64,000 nucleotides of DNA from an uncultured Candidatus Saccharibacteria bacterium. Lineage in GTDB: Bacteria; Patescibacteriota; Saccharimonadia; Saccharimonadales; Saccharimonadaceae. Both the position numbers and the translations under genes were made by a program. Shown here one piece after another: positions 40,697 to 51,325 of this stretch (position 1 is the first letter of the stretch; the number at the start of each line of letters is the position of its first letter). Where the stretch lies: the NCBI GenBank assembly GCA_946560015.1, contig CAMNUC010000001.1, positions 10,570-74,569 on the forward strand, in the 5' to 3' direction. The notes under the pieces were generated by a model. That model was given only the letters and a program-made list of their open reading frames with translations. It ran no database searches and had not been told where the DNA came from.

Positions 40697-41027
40697 CTCA
40701 GCCAAACAGGCGATAGCTAAGGCATTTTATGACAAAGAAGTTGCCATATTGGAGAAGCAAGAAGCATATGACGCCGAAGGTGGCCTAGTCAAAACTGGCA
40801 CCGCCATAAAGAGTACTTTTACAGGAAATGTGAGATTCGTTTCATATGATGAGAATCAGCAGGAGAAAGGGATCGTAAAGGACATTGACGTAGTAATTAC
40901 ATGCTCTACGGACACTACCGTAGATGTCGGAGATTTGTTGCAGTATCAAGGCTCCAAATATGTCGTAAGTAGCCGAGTTATAACCGATTCTCATATGGAG
41001 CTGGAGGGTAAAATATGGCAAGTGTAA
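40683..41027 (+). CDS. Head closure protein
   Basis: Synteny, GD.L.Y.G..Y.V. Confidence 0.7.
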   Translation: MLFPNSAKQAIAKAFYDKEVAILEKQEAYDAEGGLVKTGTAIKSTFTGNVRFVSYDENQQEKGIVKDIDVVITCSTDTTVDVGDLLQYQGSKYVVSSRVITDSHMELEGKIWQV

Positions 41028-41455
41028 CGATTTCAATTTCTGGTGTTAAGAACTTGCAACGCAAACTTGGAAATATGAAGAGCCAAAAAGCAACACGTTT
41101 TGCAGTTTCTCAGGCAACTGCCCTAGTAGAGGGGGCTGCGAGGGCTGGGTGTTCTGTTAAGACGGGCGGGTTGCGCAACTCTATTCATATGCGTATTGAA
41201 GAGAGTGAACGCAGAGTTGTAGGTATAGTTTATACCTCGATGGAGCATGCGCCGTTTGTTGAATTTGGTACTGGAGTTCGTGGCGATGGTAGTTATCCAT
41301 ATGAGAAGCAGGCAAATTTAGCTCTGTCCTATGATCCAGAATGGCCAGGACAAGTTGCTCAACCATTCTTGGTGCCGGCATTACTTTCAAACAGAAACCG
41401 TATCAATAAGCTAATTGCTGCAGCCACGATTAGTGGCGTAACGGGAGGTAAATAG
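41015..41455 (+). CDS. HK97 gp10-like tail completion protein
   Basis: V.TG.LR.SI, APFVEFGTG, AQPFL.PA. Confidence 0.85.
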   Translation: MASVTISISGVKNLQRKLGNMKSQKATRFAVSQATALVEGAARAGCSVKTGGLRNSIHMRIEESERRVVGIVYTSMEHAPFVEFGTGVRGDGSYPYEKQANLALSYDPEWPGQVAQPFLVPALLSNRNRINKLIAAATISGVTGGK

Positions 41456-41456
41456 G

Positions 41457-41804
41457 ATGTTTACGCCAAAAGTTCAGCTTCAAAAAACGCTTTCCAGTCT
41501 TGGTTATTACTGCCATCAAGGAGCGCAGGCTTCCTTCTCTGACAACGAAATTCCCGCGATCACATTTCGAGTTGATAACAACAGCGTTAATCTTGACCTC
41601 AGCAACGAGATTGCTAGCCAAGATATTAACGTCGTAGTTGATATATGGGCAGATGATAGCATAACAGCTTCGCAAGTTCTATCTGAAGTAGAGGAAGTGA
41701 TGAGGTTAGACGGCTATCAGATGACCTATTCGGCAGATGTGTCACAACCAAAAGGCTGCCTGTTTCACACTAACTGTCGTTTTATTACCGTTCATATTGA
41801 ATGA
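41457..41804 (+). CDS. Tail terminator protein
   Basis: P.ITF, VDIW, VEEVM...G; synteny. Confidence 0.7.
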   Translation: MFTPKVQLQKTLSSLGYYCHQGAQASFSDNEIPAITFRVDNNSVNLDLSNEIASQDINVVVDIWADDSITASQVLSEVEEVMRLDGYQMTYSADVSQPKGCLFHTNCRFITVHIE

Positions 41805-41833
41805 ACGCACTGCTAATTTCTAAAGGAGAAAAT

Positions 41834-42268
41834 ATGGCAGGAACACCGACTATGGGTACGACCCTTACTGTCACCAAGGCTGGTGACGAAACTGAGGATT
41901 TGACAATCAAAAGCCTCACGTCGATTGGCGAACTCACTGGCGATCGTGATGAAACCGATGTTACTACACTTGATAGTCCAGACGGAGCTAAGGAATATAG
42001 ACCTGGTGCTGTTGACTGGGGCTCACAAGATGTCGCTGGCAATGTCACTGACGCTACGCAGATGGCTAAACTTCGCGCCATCTTCGATGCGCAAGCCATA
42101 CGTGAATGGACGATTAGGACGCCAGCTGGTAACGTTGAGCGCTTTAACGCCTTCATTAAGACTTTCAAGTATGGCGAGAAGACTGTTGATGGTCTTGATA
42201 CGTTTGGCATGACTTTGCGCGTCTCTGGTAGCGTCAAATTCAACCCAGAAGACGAGCCCGCGGCTTAA
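41834..42268 (+). CDS. Major tail tube protein
   Basis: DVTTLDSPDG.KEY.PG..D, LRVSG; AAGGAG RBS. Confidence 0.88.
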   Translation: MAGTPTMGTTLTVTKAGDETEDLTIKSLTSIGELTGDRDETDVTTLDSPDGAKEYRPGAVDWGSQDVAGNVTDATQMAKLRAIFDAQAIREWTIRTPAGNVERFNAFIKTFKYGEKTVDGLDTFGMTLRVSGSVKFNPEDEPAA

Positions 42269-42330
42269 AGAACGGCGCTGGTGGTCGCCTTGTAACCACC
42301 TTTAAGTAAACATAATCAAGGAATTCTCCC

Positions 42331-42654
42331 ATGAAACTAAACTACAAAGCTTCAAACATTGCTAAAGCGGAGCGTGAGCATAACTTAAACTTCTTTGACA
42401 TGCTCACTACACTCGGCAGCAAGCCATCTATTAGCGGTTTACTGTTCCTATTTGAGGCTGGTAATGGAACCGCAGAAGACTTCGACGCGGCTTTTAAGGA
42501 AGGCATCGATAAAGTCTTAATGACTATTATGGAAGGCCTCAGCGATGCTGGTTTTTTAGGTCAAGAGGACGTTCGAGTTATGAAACGACAGCTAGAGGAT
42601 CAGAAGAAGATCCAAAAAACTTCACCGAGTTCTGGAGAAATAGTCAAAAGCTAG
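42331..42654 (+). CDS. Tail assembly chaperone (G)
   Basis: Between tail tube and tape measure genes; slippery T TTT TTA at 42552-42558. Confidence 0.8.
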   Translation: MKLNYKASNIAKAEREHNLNFFDMLTTLGSKPSISGLLFLFEAGNGTAEDFDAAFKEGIDKVLMTIMEGLSDAGFLGQEDVRVMKRQLEDQKKIQKTSPSSGEIVKS

Positions 42655-42941
42655 CGTTTCGGATTGGATTACACCCTGCTGAGTTCTGGGAGCTCGCACT
42701 TGGCGATTTCTATGACTGCCTTGATGGGTATGCTGAGCGGATCGAAGAAGAAGCTCGTTTACAGGATAGACTAAACCATATCTTAGGTTCTTATATCGCT
42801 ATAGGTATAGGTGACCCTAAGAGCTACCCATCACATCCAATGCTGGACGATAGTAGTTCGAGAAATAGCGGTTTTAGTTTTACATCAGATGAAAGTTTCG
42901 ACGCTTACATCTGCAGCCTTGCTAACAATGCGAAAGGTTAA
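42552..42941 (+). CDS. -1 frameshift extension of the tail assembly chaperone (GT)
   Basis: -1 frame open from the slippery site to TAA 42939-41; encodes IGLHPAEFWEL...FYDC.DGY; no start codon of its own near the 5' end. Confidence 0.8.
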   Translation, partial: FFRSRGRSSYETTARGSEEDPKNFTEFWRNSQKLAFRIGLHPAEFWELALGDFYDCLDGYAERIEEEARLQDRLNHILGSYIAIGIGDPKSYPSHPMLDDSSSRNSGFSFTSDESFDAYICSLANNAKG

Positions 42942-42943
42942 TA

Positions 42944-45900
42944 ATGGCAACAATTGAAGAGTTGAGCGTAAGGATCAGCGCTGATTCTAGCAAGTTGACG
43001 TCTGAAGTCGGCAAGGCTGAACGAAAGATCTCTGATTTTAGCAAAAGTACAGAGAAAGCTACGAAAACTCTATCGACCGGCATGGTTGTAATAGGAACTG
43101 CTGTTGGGAATACTCTTGGTAATATAATTTCAAAAGCGTTCCAGTCCATTAACCAGCATATGGATGGCGCTGTCAGACGTTTAGACACGCTCAACAACTA
43201 TACCCGAGTAATGTCGAATCTTGGCATTGCTGCTCAAGACTCTAATAAATCATTAAAAATCCTTGATGACGGTATCACTGGTTTGCCCACTAAGCTTGAT
43301 GATGCTGCTTCGGCAACACAACGTCTAGTTGCCACAAATGGTAATATTGCCGCCTCAACAGATATGTATCTAGCGCTTAATAACGCTATTCTGGCTGGTG
43401 GCGCAGCTATTGAAACTCAAAATACCGCGCTTGAGCAGATGATGCAAGCCTACTCCAAAGGTAAGCCTGATGTCATGGAGTGGCGTGCATTTCTGACGGC
43501 AATGCCAGCTCAGCTCAAACAAATCGCAACATCTATGGGCTATACGTCATCTGCTATGGGTGGCGATCTATATAATGCCATCCAAAGTGGCAAAGTTTCC
43601 ATGAACAATCTTATGTTCGCTATTATGAAACTCAACAAGGAGGGGGTTGCTGGGTTTGATAATTTCGCAACACAAGCAAAGAATGCTACTGGTGGTGTCG
43701 GCACGAGTATCGCTAACCTCAAAACAGCAATTACTCGTGGCATAACGCAAATTATGGATGTCATCGGGCAATCCAATATTGCGAGTTTCTTTAGTGGTTT
43801 GTCAAAGGCGATTAGTACGGCTTTTAACTATGTAGCCGCCTTCGTAAAAATCATTAAAGAAGCCGTAGCTTGGATTGGAGCATTATTTGGTGGATCAGGT
43901 TCTACGTCTGGGTTAGTAAAAGAAACTGGAAGTGCTGCTACAAATGTTGATAATATCTCGTCTGGAGTATCCGATACTACTAGTGGCCTCAATGATGCCA
44001 CTAAAGCGGCCAAGAAGCTTAAAGGCCAGCTCGCTGGCTTTGACGAGATGAATGTTCTCAACAAACAGGACAATAGTAGTGGTTCTGGTGGGAGTGGTAG
44101 TGGCTCTGGTGCTGGTGGAGGTGGAGCTATCTCTGATTATACTTGGGATACGTCAGCACTAGAGGCGAGCACAAATAAAATTGATGAGCTAGTAGCAAAA
44201 ATTAAAAAGGCATTCAAAGACTTATTTGGAGAGTGGGATTTTGATAAAATCGGAAAAGCACTTAAGCAATTTTATAATGACGTTAAAAAGTTTCTTGGTA
44301 ACGCCGGAAAAATCGTTAAAGATGTTTGGCAAAAGTACCTACGACCGTTCTTACAATGGTCTGGGGAGAGCCTACTGCCGGCAGTATTAAATGCTATCGG
44401 TGGTGCCATCCGACTACTGGGCGAAGTCATTGGGAATGTTTGGAACACATTTTTGATGCCGTTTATTGACGCTTTTCTCGTGCCAATCGCTAAGTTTACT
44501 GGTGGGATCATAATATCAGTCCTAAACGGTATTGGTGATGCCCTACGAGGAATTGCCAATAATAGCGCTGCAGTTGAAACTATCTCGTTATTAGTTAAAG
44601 GTTTTATGACTTTGATTGGGCTAAACCTTGTGGCTGGATTTTTCACTGGGCTTATTAACGCTATTACTAACGGTGGTATAGCAATGAATGGCTTTTTAGG
44701 AGTGTTATCGAAAACTACTGGTAGCTGGGATCTATTCAACAAGGCTGGTGCAACTGGCTCTGGTATAATTAACTCGCTCAAGGATGGTGTTAGCAATGTT
44801 GTTGGCAAGATTTCCTCGCTAGGAGCTCCACTCGCAAATGCAGCAAACGGTTTTACTGGTGCTGCATCTGGATCTCAAATGTTTATTTCGTCGCTTGGTG
44901 CTGGCATTATCATCTTAGAGGCAGTGGTTGCTGTTGTCTTAGCGATTCAAACTGCTATGGAGCTCATCAAGCTCAAGACTATGGAGGCTGAATTAGCTGA
45001 ATTGCAATATAAATCTACAGAGGAGGCTATGCTAGAAACTACTAACTGGCATAATGAAGCAATTCAGAGGCAAATTGACTTAAAGAACGAACTGGACGGT
45101 ATTACAAAAAGCTTAGCCGATGCTCAGTTGGCACTACTTAATGCACAAGATGCAGCTACGGCTTCCCAAAGCAACGCTGAATCGGTCGCTAGGCAATATG
45201 GAATGACAATAGAGGAAGCTCGTGCCTATGTCGCTGAATTGGATACGGCTAGTGGAAATCTCACGGCTAAAGACCGAGCACTAGCAGAAGCCGTGTTTGA
45301 TTTAGATAGCAAAGAGGGTTCACTGAAAGAAGCTGTTGATAAGGTTACTGCAGCCAAAAATGAGCAAAACACGGCAACCGATGAGCTCGAAAAGCAGCAA
45401 TGGAAAGAAATCATGACCCAGCAGAAAGCCGAGGCGGAAGCGTTGCTCGCCGCTGGAAAATATGATGAGTTATCGCAGAAGCTTGTCGAACTTAAGGACT
45501 CCAACGGCGAGTATACTCTCGAAAATGGCGAAAAATGCAAAATCAATAAAGAAAATATGCAGAGTATGGCTGAGTTTATTGGTGACCAGTTAGCTCAGAT
45601 TGATGACGACAACGGTGTGGCTTGGAAGAACGTATGGAATACAGCTGATCGCACCGTTTCAAATCTAAATACATCTACAGCTCAACAGTTGGTTAATGGC
45701 GGACGTAGTGCAGGTGAAAACTGGGCTAGTGGCGTTGGCGAAGGAGCTAAGAATAAGCAGGGTTGGCTGGGGTCAACTATCTCTGGTATCGCTGGTGGAA
45801 TGTTGAACACGTTTAAGTCGGTATTCCAAATACATTCTCCATCAAAAGTTATGGAGCAAATGGGCTCGTATATCATGCAAGGTGTTGGCGTAGGACTTGA

Positions 45901-46231
45901 AAGCGAAGAAGACTCGCTTAATAAGATGATGTCGGGTATAGGTAGCTCTATACAAGATAGTTTCAGCGATGCCGTAACCAACATTCCTAATATAATCCCC
46001 AGTTTAAGTATTGATAACCTTGGAACAAGTATAAACCTACCAGAGGTTAATAACCGGATTCAGCATCAGATTAAAGATGAGTTAAAAGTTCAAAAACAAC
46101 CAATCGAGCTTTCTGCAACTTTGCAAATCGACGGCAAAGATATACCTGTCTCACTAAATTTTGCGCAAAACATGGCAGATTCAATCAACAGGGTCTCTCA
46201 ACTGAAAAATCATAGCATTATAAAAGTCTAA
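42944..46231 (+). CDS. Tape measure protein
   Basis: 1095 aa; EELSVRISAD start, Ala/Gly-rich helical repeats, IHSPSKVM. Confidence 0.92.
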   Translation: MATIEELSVRISADSSKLTSEVGKAERKISDFSKSTEKATKTLSTGMVVIGTAVGNTLGNIISKAFQSINQHMDGAVRRLDTLNNYTRVMSNLGIAAQDSNKSLKILDDGITGLPTKLDDAASATQRLVATNGNIAASTDMYLALNNAILAGGAAIETQNTALEQMMQAYSKGKPDVMEWRAFLTAMPAQLKQIATSMGYTSSAMGGDLYNAIQSGKVSMNNLMFAIMKLNKEGVAGFDNFATQAKNATGGVGTSIANLKTAITRGITQIMDVIGQSNIASFFSGLSKAISTAFNYVAAFVKIIKEAVAWIGALFGGSGSTSGLVKETGSAATNVDNISSGVSDTTSGLNDATKAAKKLKGQLAGFDEMNVLNKQDNSSGSGGSGSGSGAGGGGAISDYTWDTSALEASTNKIDELVAKIKKAFKDLFGEWDFDKIGKALKQFYNDVKKFLGNAGKIVKDVWQKYLRPFLQWSGESLLPAVLNAIGGAIRLLGEVIGNVWNTFLMPFIDAFLVPIAKFTGGIIISVLNGIGDALRGIANNSAAVETISLLVKGFMTLIGLNLVAGFFTGLINAITNGGIAMNGFLGVLSKTTGSWDLFNKAGATGSGIINSLKDGVSNVVGKISSLGAPLANAANGFTGAASGSQMFISSLGAGIIILEAVVAVVLAIQTAMELIKLKTMEAELAELQYKSTEEAMLETTNWHNEAIQRQIDLKNELDGITKSLADAQLALLNAQDAATASQSNAESVARQYGMTIEEARAYVAELDTASGNLTAKDRALAEAVFDLDSKEGSLKEAVDKVTAAKNEQNTATDELEKQQWKEIMTQQKAEAEALLAAGKYDELSQKLVELKDSNGEYTLENGEKCKINKENMQSMAEFIGDQLAQIDDDNGVAWKNVWNTADRTVSNLNTSTAQQLVNGGRSAGENWASGVGEGAKNKQGWLGSTISGIAGGMLNTFKSVFQIHSPSKVMEQMGSYIMQGVGVGLESEEDSLNKMMSGIGSSIQDSFSDAVTNIPNIIPSLSIDNLGTSINLPEVNNRIQHQIKDELKVQKQPIELSATLQIDGKDIPVSLNFAQNMADSINRVSQLKNHSIIKV

Positions 46232-46611
46232 TCCTCTTCAGCTGTATAAGTAAGCCTTTCCTCTTTCCCGTCAAGGTTGGTATAAGTTATCACAAACCCT
46301 CTACTACCATAGCGTGTATAGTTTAGGTTTGGGAGAGTTTCCTTTACGGACTCAATGTCTTCCGTAAGATTCTCTAGCTTCTCTGGGAAATAACCTTTAT
46401 CAATATATTGAAGCTTGGCAGTGAGGTATAATTGCTGTGCTACTGATTCTTGATGGTTACGTTTTGACTGGTCTATAAGACATTCGGTTGTCAAAGGTTC
46501 TTTCTCGGGTTGGCTCGAGGTACGGTTTATTAAAAAAATTGCGCTTACGGCTAATACGCCAACTGCTATTACACCTAGCAATATATAGGTGAGTTTCTTA
46601 TTTTTATGCAT
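46228..46611 (-). CDS. Membrane-anchored accessory (moron) protein, pseudopilin-like C-terminus
   Basis: N-terminal TM; Y..KGYFP..LE.L; own TGATATAAT at 46793-46785. Confidence 0.7.
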   Translation of the reverse strand: MHKNKKLTYILLGVIAVGVLAVSAIFLINRTSSQPEKEPLTTECLIDQSKRNHQESVAQQLYLTAKLQYIDKGYFPEKLENLTEDIESVKETLPNLNYTRYGSRGFVITYTNLDGKEERLTYTAEED

Positions 46612-46801
46612 TCTTATCCTTTTGTGGTAAGTTGTTATTTATCGTGTTACTAGTAGACCAAAAACGGCACTCACGTAGTTGTTCCAAAACTATTCTATAA
46701 ACCAAAAACTTCAGTCTATAACTCGTGAATGCCGGTTATGGCAACCGAAGCTCGTGATTGATAAAATAATTTTGGAACACTCTTATTATATCACGTCGAT
46801 A

Positions 46802-46819
46802 TTAAGTCTGTAACATTGA
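46802..46819 (+). repeat. Inversion site 1a
   Basis: TTAAGTCTGTAACATTGA, perfect inverted copy at 47303-47320. Confidence 0.95.
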
Positions 46820-47067
46820 CACCTAGCCAGGTTCCGTCGCACAGTCATGATATAAGGTTTGCATCGGAAACTGGTAGTGGAGTTACTATTAGTCACACTG
46901 GCTCAGGAGTAAGGGTACTTGATGTTACGAGCTGGGACTGGGCTTACAATGTCCAAAACTCTTTTGGGACTGGTTCAAATCTGATAACCTCTAAATTTGG
47001 CGGTAGCAGCTCACATAATAATTTACAACCCTATATTACGTGCTATTTTTGGCGTCGCACAGCTTAA
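46802..47067 (+). CDS. Silent tail fibre C-terminal cassette A
   Basis: KSVTLTPSQVPSHSH...HNNLQPYITCYFWRRTA, homologous to the fibre C-terminus; no RBS; begins at the repeat. Confidence 0.9.
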
Positions 47068-49346
47068 ACTGTCCTTCGCCAGAAATAACATGTGGTATAG
47101 GGCTGAATATTGGAGTGCGCATTACCACTACCCGTATTGTGTGTTTCGCCCACGATAGGGATATCGTTAAATTGCGTGTTTGATCCCCAGACGTATGCCG
47201 AGGGCGCGAGCCAGTTACCTGAACCAGTCCCAGTAGCCGTCCAAGCATTTTTGAACCTGAGGTTTTTTATACCATGACTATGTAACGGCATCTGTGCTAC
47301 GCTCAATGTTACAGACTTAACACCTCCAGTTTTATTAACAGTGTTAAACTCACTCTCGCCAGTATTTACCCCAACTGGCACTCTTCCAGCACCCCATGTT
47401 ACCCATGTACCACCGTAAATTTCTGCAACCTTTGCTGCAGTGTCCAGAGTTGTAGACATGATAACCTGGCCAACATGCGTAGGCATAAGGGGTTGATTCT
47501 TAGCATAAATTGCCGTCTTGGCTGACAAGTTATTCGCGGTGACGTCATCAGTCAATTCCGCTGCTGTACCATAGATTTTGCCAGCTACTTCTAGCTGTCC
47601 GTTATTTCCCTTTAGCAAAGACTTCTCTGGTCGTTTGCCGACAGACACGCGCCCATCATCACCAATAAAGAACTTTGGAATCCCCATTGATAGCACAAGA
47701 CTAACTGTGGTAGTTGTGAACTCATCTGTTGCGCTGACCTCAATATCCCACTGTGAGCTGTTATCAAACGTCTTTGCTAAGTTACTGGTCTCCCAAGCAC
47801 CTTCTTTTATTACGACAGGTCGCACCTCCCAACTACTCCACTCACTACTAGAAGATTTCTTATAGCGGTATTTGATCACAAGGGAGTTTTTCGCAACACC
47901 ATCAATAACAACAGGTGCGTAAGTGCCTTTGATGGCGAGTGTAGAACTTGCCTCAAAGCCATTCTCGCGGGTAATATTGGCGGCAATCGTAGGCTCACTC
48001 CACGGATATACCATCACATCTTTAGCTACCTGCGTAGCGGATTGAAGCGCGTCGACCGCTAAAACAGCAAGCACTAGCGTCGAAGTTTGAGTTGGCGCCG
48101 ACAAGGTTTTACTCACATCCTCCGTATCCGAATAATCCATGAAGTAATTCTGACCACTAAATGCGATGTTGTAGCCAGACATAGCAGTATTTTGATTGCC
48201 AGTGGCTTTTTCTTCTATGGGAATCGTAACGATTGGTATAGATTGGCATTCGATAAATACTTGATCACTACCAGTAAGCGCAGTAACTTTAGCATTATCG
48301 TCTCGAAACGCGAAATCTTTGAAGTTTGGTGCAGCATGTGTGCTCAATGTGCTGAAAGTCAAAGATTTAGTGGACGAATCGCCAGCCGAAGTCGTTAATT
48401 TAGCTTGCACTATAATGCTTTTACTGGAAGGTAAATTGGGGATTGTAAATGACCCAGAGGTTGCGCTGGCAGTACCTGCGTCAATCCAGTTACTGTAGCT
48501 ACTTCCGTTATCAATCGAGTACCGGTATTTTAGGGTGCGTGTTAATGCTCCGCCATCAGACTGTCTCAACCAACCAATTGTCGCTTTGACCGTATTGTAT
48601 GTACTATATACCTGCGAGCTTAGTCTTAATGTTGATAGTGGTGGGCACGGGGTTGTGAATGTCGGCCCCTGAAATCGAGAATCTAATGCACCATTGGACG
48701 CGTAAACGCCTGTATGGTAAGTCTTATTACCGATTATCGTAAAACTGTCGCCAAACATGGTCGAACTATTTGTCACGGTAGTCGTTGCGCCGTTTGCAAG
48801 ACCAGAATTCTGCCGTGCTGGCACGCCAGCAGTATAGGCTTTTTCTAAGATTTTGAGTTCAAGGTTTTTATTGGTATTTGGTGTACCAAATGAAGCTACG
48901 CCTACTTTGGCAGTTACGGAGTTATAAGTTTTGCTTATCACATTGACGTATCCGCCTGATGGTGCGACGTACCCAGCTGGCACACTAAACCCAGTCGAAC
49001 CAGACCCGTTGAGATTTGTTGAGGCTGCGCCGCTAGTGGCCCAAGAGATTGTAATGCTGCGAGCTGAACCGCTGAAGGTCTTGCTAGCCGTTAGAATTGG
49101 ACCTTGCCAAACATTTTGCTGTCCGCCAGCGACTGTTACAGCACCAGAACCTGATGTGGTTGTTCCATCAATAGTGATAGATCGGCTAACATTACTATCG
49201 TAGGTCGATCCACTATAGTTATTGGTACGCCGCATGTAGAGCTTGGCGGTAACGGTAACGTTTCCACCACTTTTGCTCGTAATGATCTCTAAACCACCCT
49301 GGATATACGAGTTGGCGGTATTTGCAATTGCATAATCAACTGACAT
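47064..49346 (-). CDS. Tail fibre/receptor-binding protein, currently fused to cassette B
   Basis: 760 aa, Ser/Thr-rich beta domains; C-terminal GGTW..WGAGRVPVG..TGG.K.VTL...P.HSH...H.N.QPY...W.RT. Confidence 0.9.
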   Translation of the reverse strand: MSVDYAIANTANSYIQGGLEIITSKSGGNVTVTAKLYMRRTNNYSGSTYDSNVSRSITIDGTTTSGSGAVTVAGGQQNVWQGPILTASKTFSGSARSITISWATSGAASTNLNGSGSTGFSVPAGYVAPSGGYVNVISKTYNSVTAKVGVASFGTPNTNKNLELKILEKAYTAGVPARQNSGLANGATTTVTNSSTMFGDSFTIIGNKTYHTGVYASNGALDSRFQGPTFTTPCPPLSTLRLSSQVYSTYNTVKATIGWLRQSDGGALTRTLKYRYSIDNGSSYSNWIDAGTASATSGSFTIPNLPSSKSIIVQAKLTTSAGDSSTKSLTFSTLSTHAAPNFKDFAFRDDNAKVTALTGSDQVFIECQSIPIVTIPIEEKATGNQNTAMSGYNIAFSGQNYFMDYSDTEDVSKTLSAPTQTSTLVLAVLAVDALQSATQVAKDVMVYPWSEPTIAANITRENGFEASSTLAIKGTYAPVVIDGVAKNSLVIKYRYKKSSSSEWSSWEVRPVVIKEGAWETSNLAKTFDNSSQWDIEVSATDEFTTTTVSLVLSMGIPKFFIGDDGRVSVGKRPEKSLLKGNNGQLEVAGKIYGTAAELTDDVTANNLSAKTAIYAKNQPLMPTHVGQVIMSTTLDTAAKVAEIYGGTWVTWGAGRVPVGVNTGESEFNTVNKTGGVKSVTLSVAQMPLHSHGIKNLRFKNAWTATGTGSGNWLAPSAYVWGSNTQFNDIPIVGETHNTGSGNAHSNIQPYTTCYFWRRTV
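47303..47320 (-). repeat. Inversion site 1b (inside the fibre gene)
   Basis: tcaatgttacagacttaa, reverse complement of 46802-46819. Confidence 0.95.
47377..47410 (-). repeat. Inversion site 2a (inside the fibre gene)
   Basis: 34-bp perfect reverse complement of 53446-53479. Confidence 0.95.
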
Positions 49347-49360
49347 ATTTCTCCTTATTC

Positions 49361-51325
49361 TTAATCCGTTGGAACGAAAGCCCAGCCGTCTCTTTGAGGT
49401 ACGATTTTAATTGGCGGCATACTAATCTCCCTAGTAGCATTAATTTCCGGGGTTACAAGACCGCCGTTTGTGAGTGAACTAATAATGTTGCTGCCATCTT
49501 TCGTATAGAGCCCCTGCGAAGTAAGTTGGCTACTAGTATCATCGGTAGTCGTAGAGCTGACCTTAACGCCCTGAATGTCGACTTGCGTCTGGGTATTAGC
49601 CAGCTCACCATTCGCCTGAGTCCACTGCGAACGATAATCACCAACTGCCAGCATCATATCAGTCACGCTAAGCTCAGATTCATCACTGCCAAACACAGTG
49701 ATGACAAGTACGGAGCTTTTTGGCAAAATCTTCTCTATTGTGTACTCGTTGTAAATCGGGGCTTCGCCGTTGGGAACTTCAATCTTCCAATCGCTATAAC
49801 CATCCGTGATGATGATTGAACCCTCGCCAGCAGCAGTTTTGCGAATCCGGCACGAGAACGTATAATAGGTTTTGTTATCTTCAGCAATATCTGCCGAGTC
49901 AGCCTTAACACTCACAGTTTGAGCTATCGATTTATTTTTAAGTCGAATAACCTGTCCTGACAATGAACCAAAACTTGCCGCTTCGGCGGACGGTAAGACC
50001 TCAATTTTGCCGTCGTCAGATAATGTCCAAAACGTATATGACCCGTCCGCGTCCTTAAAGTAAAAGGCGGAGTTTCTAATGAGATTGTTGCCTCCCGAGC
50101 TTTGCACGGAGGTGATGACTGAGGAGATGTTTTGGTTGATCTGAGTAAAATTATTATTTACTTCGCCCTCAAAGATCTGTTGCTCTTCAACAATAGAGTC
50201 AATCCTTTGGTTTTGTTTATCAACTTTAATTTCGGTGTTGTAGAGCGTCTTAGTGATTCCGCCAGCTAAAGCATAGTTAGTTTGAGTTTCGTCTGGCGCA
50301 ATCGCTTTAATAACCTCCTTAATACCGCCTCCACTAAAAACTAATTTTATTTCCGTAATTACGGATTCCCAATCATTTTCTCCATCTGTAACTAGGATAC
50401 GATCCCCAAATTCGTACCATCCGTGCCCTTCGGTGGCTGCATCGATAGGAGTAAAGGCAAAATTTTTAACGGTATCTAGAATCGCTGGAGCGAGGCGTTC
50501 GCGGGCGTCATCCAATATCTCATTGTTGGCAAGCTTCAGTTCCGTGAGCCCGTTGCTCGCTATACTTTCATCATCCGACAAGACAATATTGTCTTCTTGC
50601 GGCGTGCGCGCGAGAACGACGGAATTTATTGGTCCATAAAGCGGCAATCTTTTGATGTCCAATAAATTATCATAGGAGAGGACGTCAATAGCTTCAGCAA
50701 GTGGAGGCTTAATAAACTCCAACCTATCATTGTGCATACGACAAGTTGTACCTGTTGCCCCAGCAATCTCTGCTAGAATGTTGCGGTAGTTGGTTTCAGA
50801 AATCTTTTCGTATAAATCCTCCTCGATAAGGTAGTCATAATTTGCCAGAGTTGACATATCGGTTCCCAATTCAACACCAATTCGTTTTGCTACCTGTTCA
50901 GCTAATGATCCGACAGTGCACTTCCACTCAATGTCGCTAACTGCATATGGTAAGTCGGCTGCCGCACCTATCATGTCGTAACCTCTACAGGTTGTTGTGC
51001 CAGTTTTTAGGTCAACTTCTTGTTCGTTAATTCTAAAAATACCATAGTCTATCTCGTTCCACTCGCTCGGATTGGTGCTTATTTGCGCCTGTAAGGTGGG
51101 TCTAATGTCGGAGTCAACTAAGTTTACGTCTGTGCCGATTAACCGTATCACAATTGCTTTGGCGGCAGTAGAGAATAAGCTGCCAATTGTCTCAATTTCC
51201 ACTGATACTAACGAATCGCTTGCTCGAAATACTCGATGATCACCATTAACCTCAGTTAGATACATGCCAATCATCTTAACGGGCTGGCGCATAGCTGTCT
51301 TGAATCGTTCACTAGCGTTAATCAT
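49361..51325 (-). CDS. Minor tail/baseplate hub protein
   Basis: NSVVLARTPQEDN, GGNNLIRNS; between the Dit-like and fibre genes. Confidence 0.75.
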   Translation of the reverse strand: MINASERFKTAMRQPVKMIGMYLTEVNGDHRVFRASDSLVSVEIETIGSLFSTAAKAIVIRLIGTDVNLVDSDIRPTLQAQISTNPSEWNEIDYGIFRINEQEVDLKTGTTTCRGYDMIGAAADLPYAVSDIEWKCTVGSLAEQVAKRIGVELGTDMSTLANYDYLIEEDLYEKISETNYRNILAEIAGATGTTCRMHNDRLEFIKPPLAEAIDVLSYDNLLDIKRLPLYGPINSVVLARTPQEDNIVLSDDESIASNGLTELKLANNEILDDARERLAPAILDTVKNFAFTPIDAATEGHGWYEFGDRILVTDGENDWESVITEIKLVFSGGGIKEVIKAIAPDETQTNYALAGGITKTLYNTEIKVDKQNQRIDSIVEEQQIFEGEVNNNFTQINQNISSVITSVQSSGGNNLIRNSAFYFKDADGSYTFWTLSDDGKIEVLPSAEAASFGSLSGQVIRLKNKSIAQTVSVKADSADIAEDNKTYYTFSCRIRKTAAGEGSIIITDGYSDWKIEVPNGEAPIYNEYTIEKILPKSSVLVITVFGSDESELSVTDMMLAVGDYRSQWTQANGELANTQTQVDIQGVKVSSTTTDDTSSQLTSQGLYTKDGSNIISSLTNGGLVTPEINATREISMPPIKIVPQRDGWAFVPTD

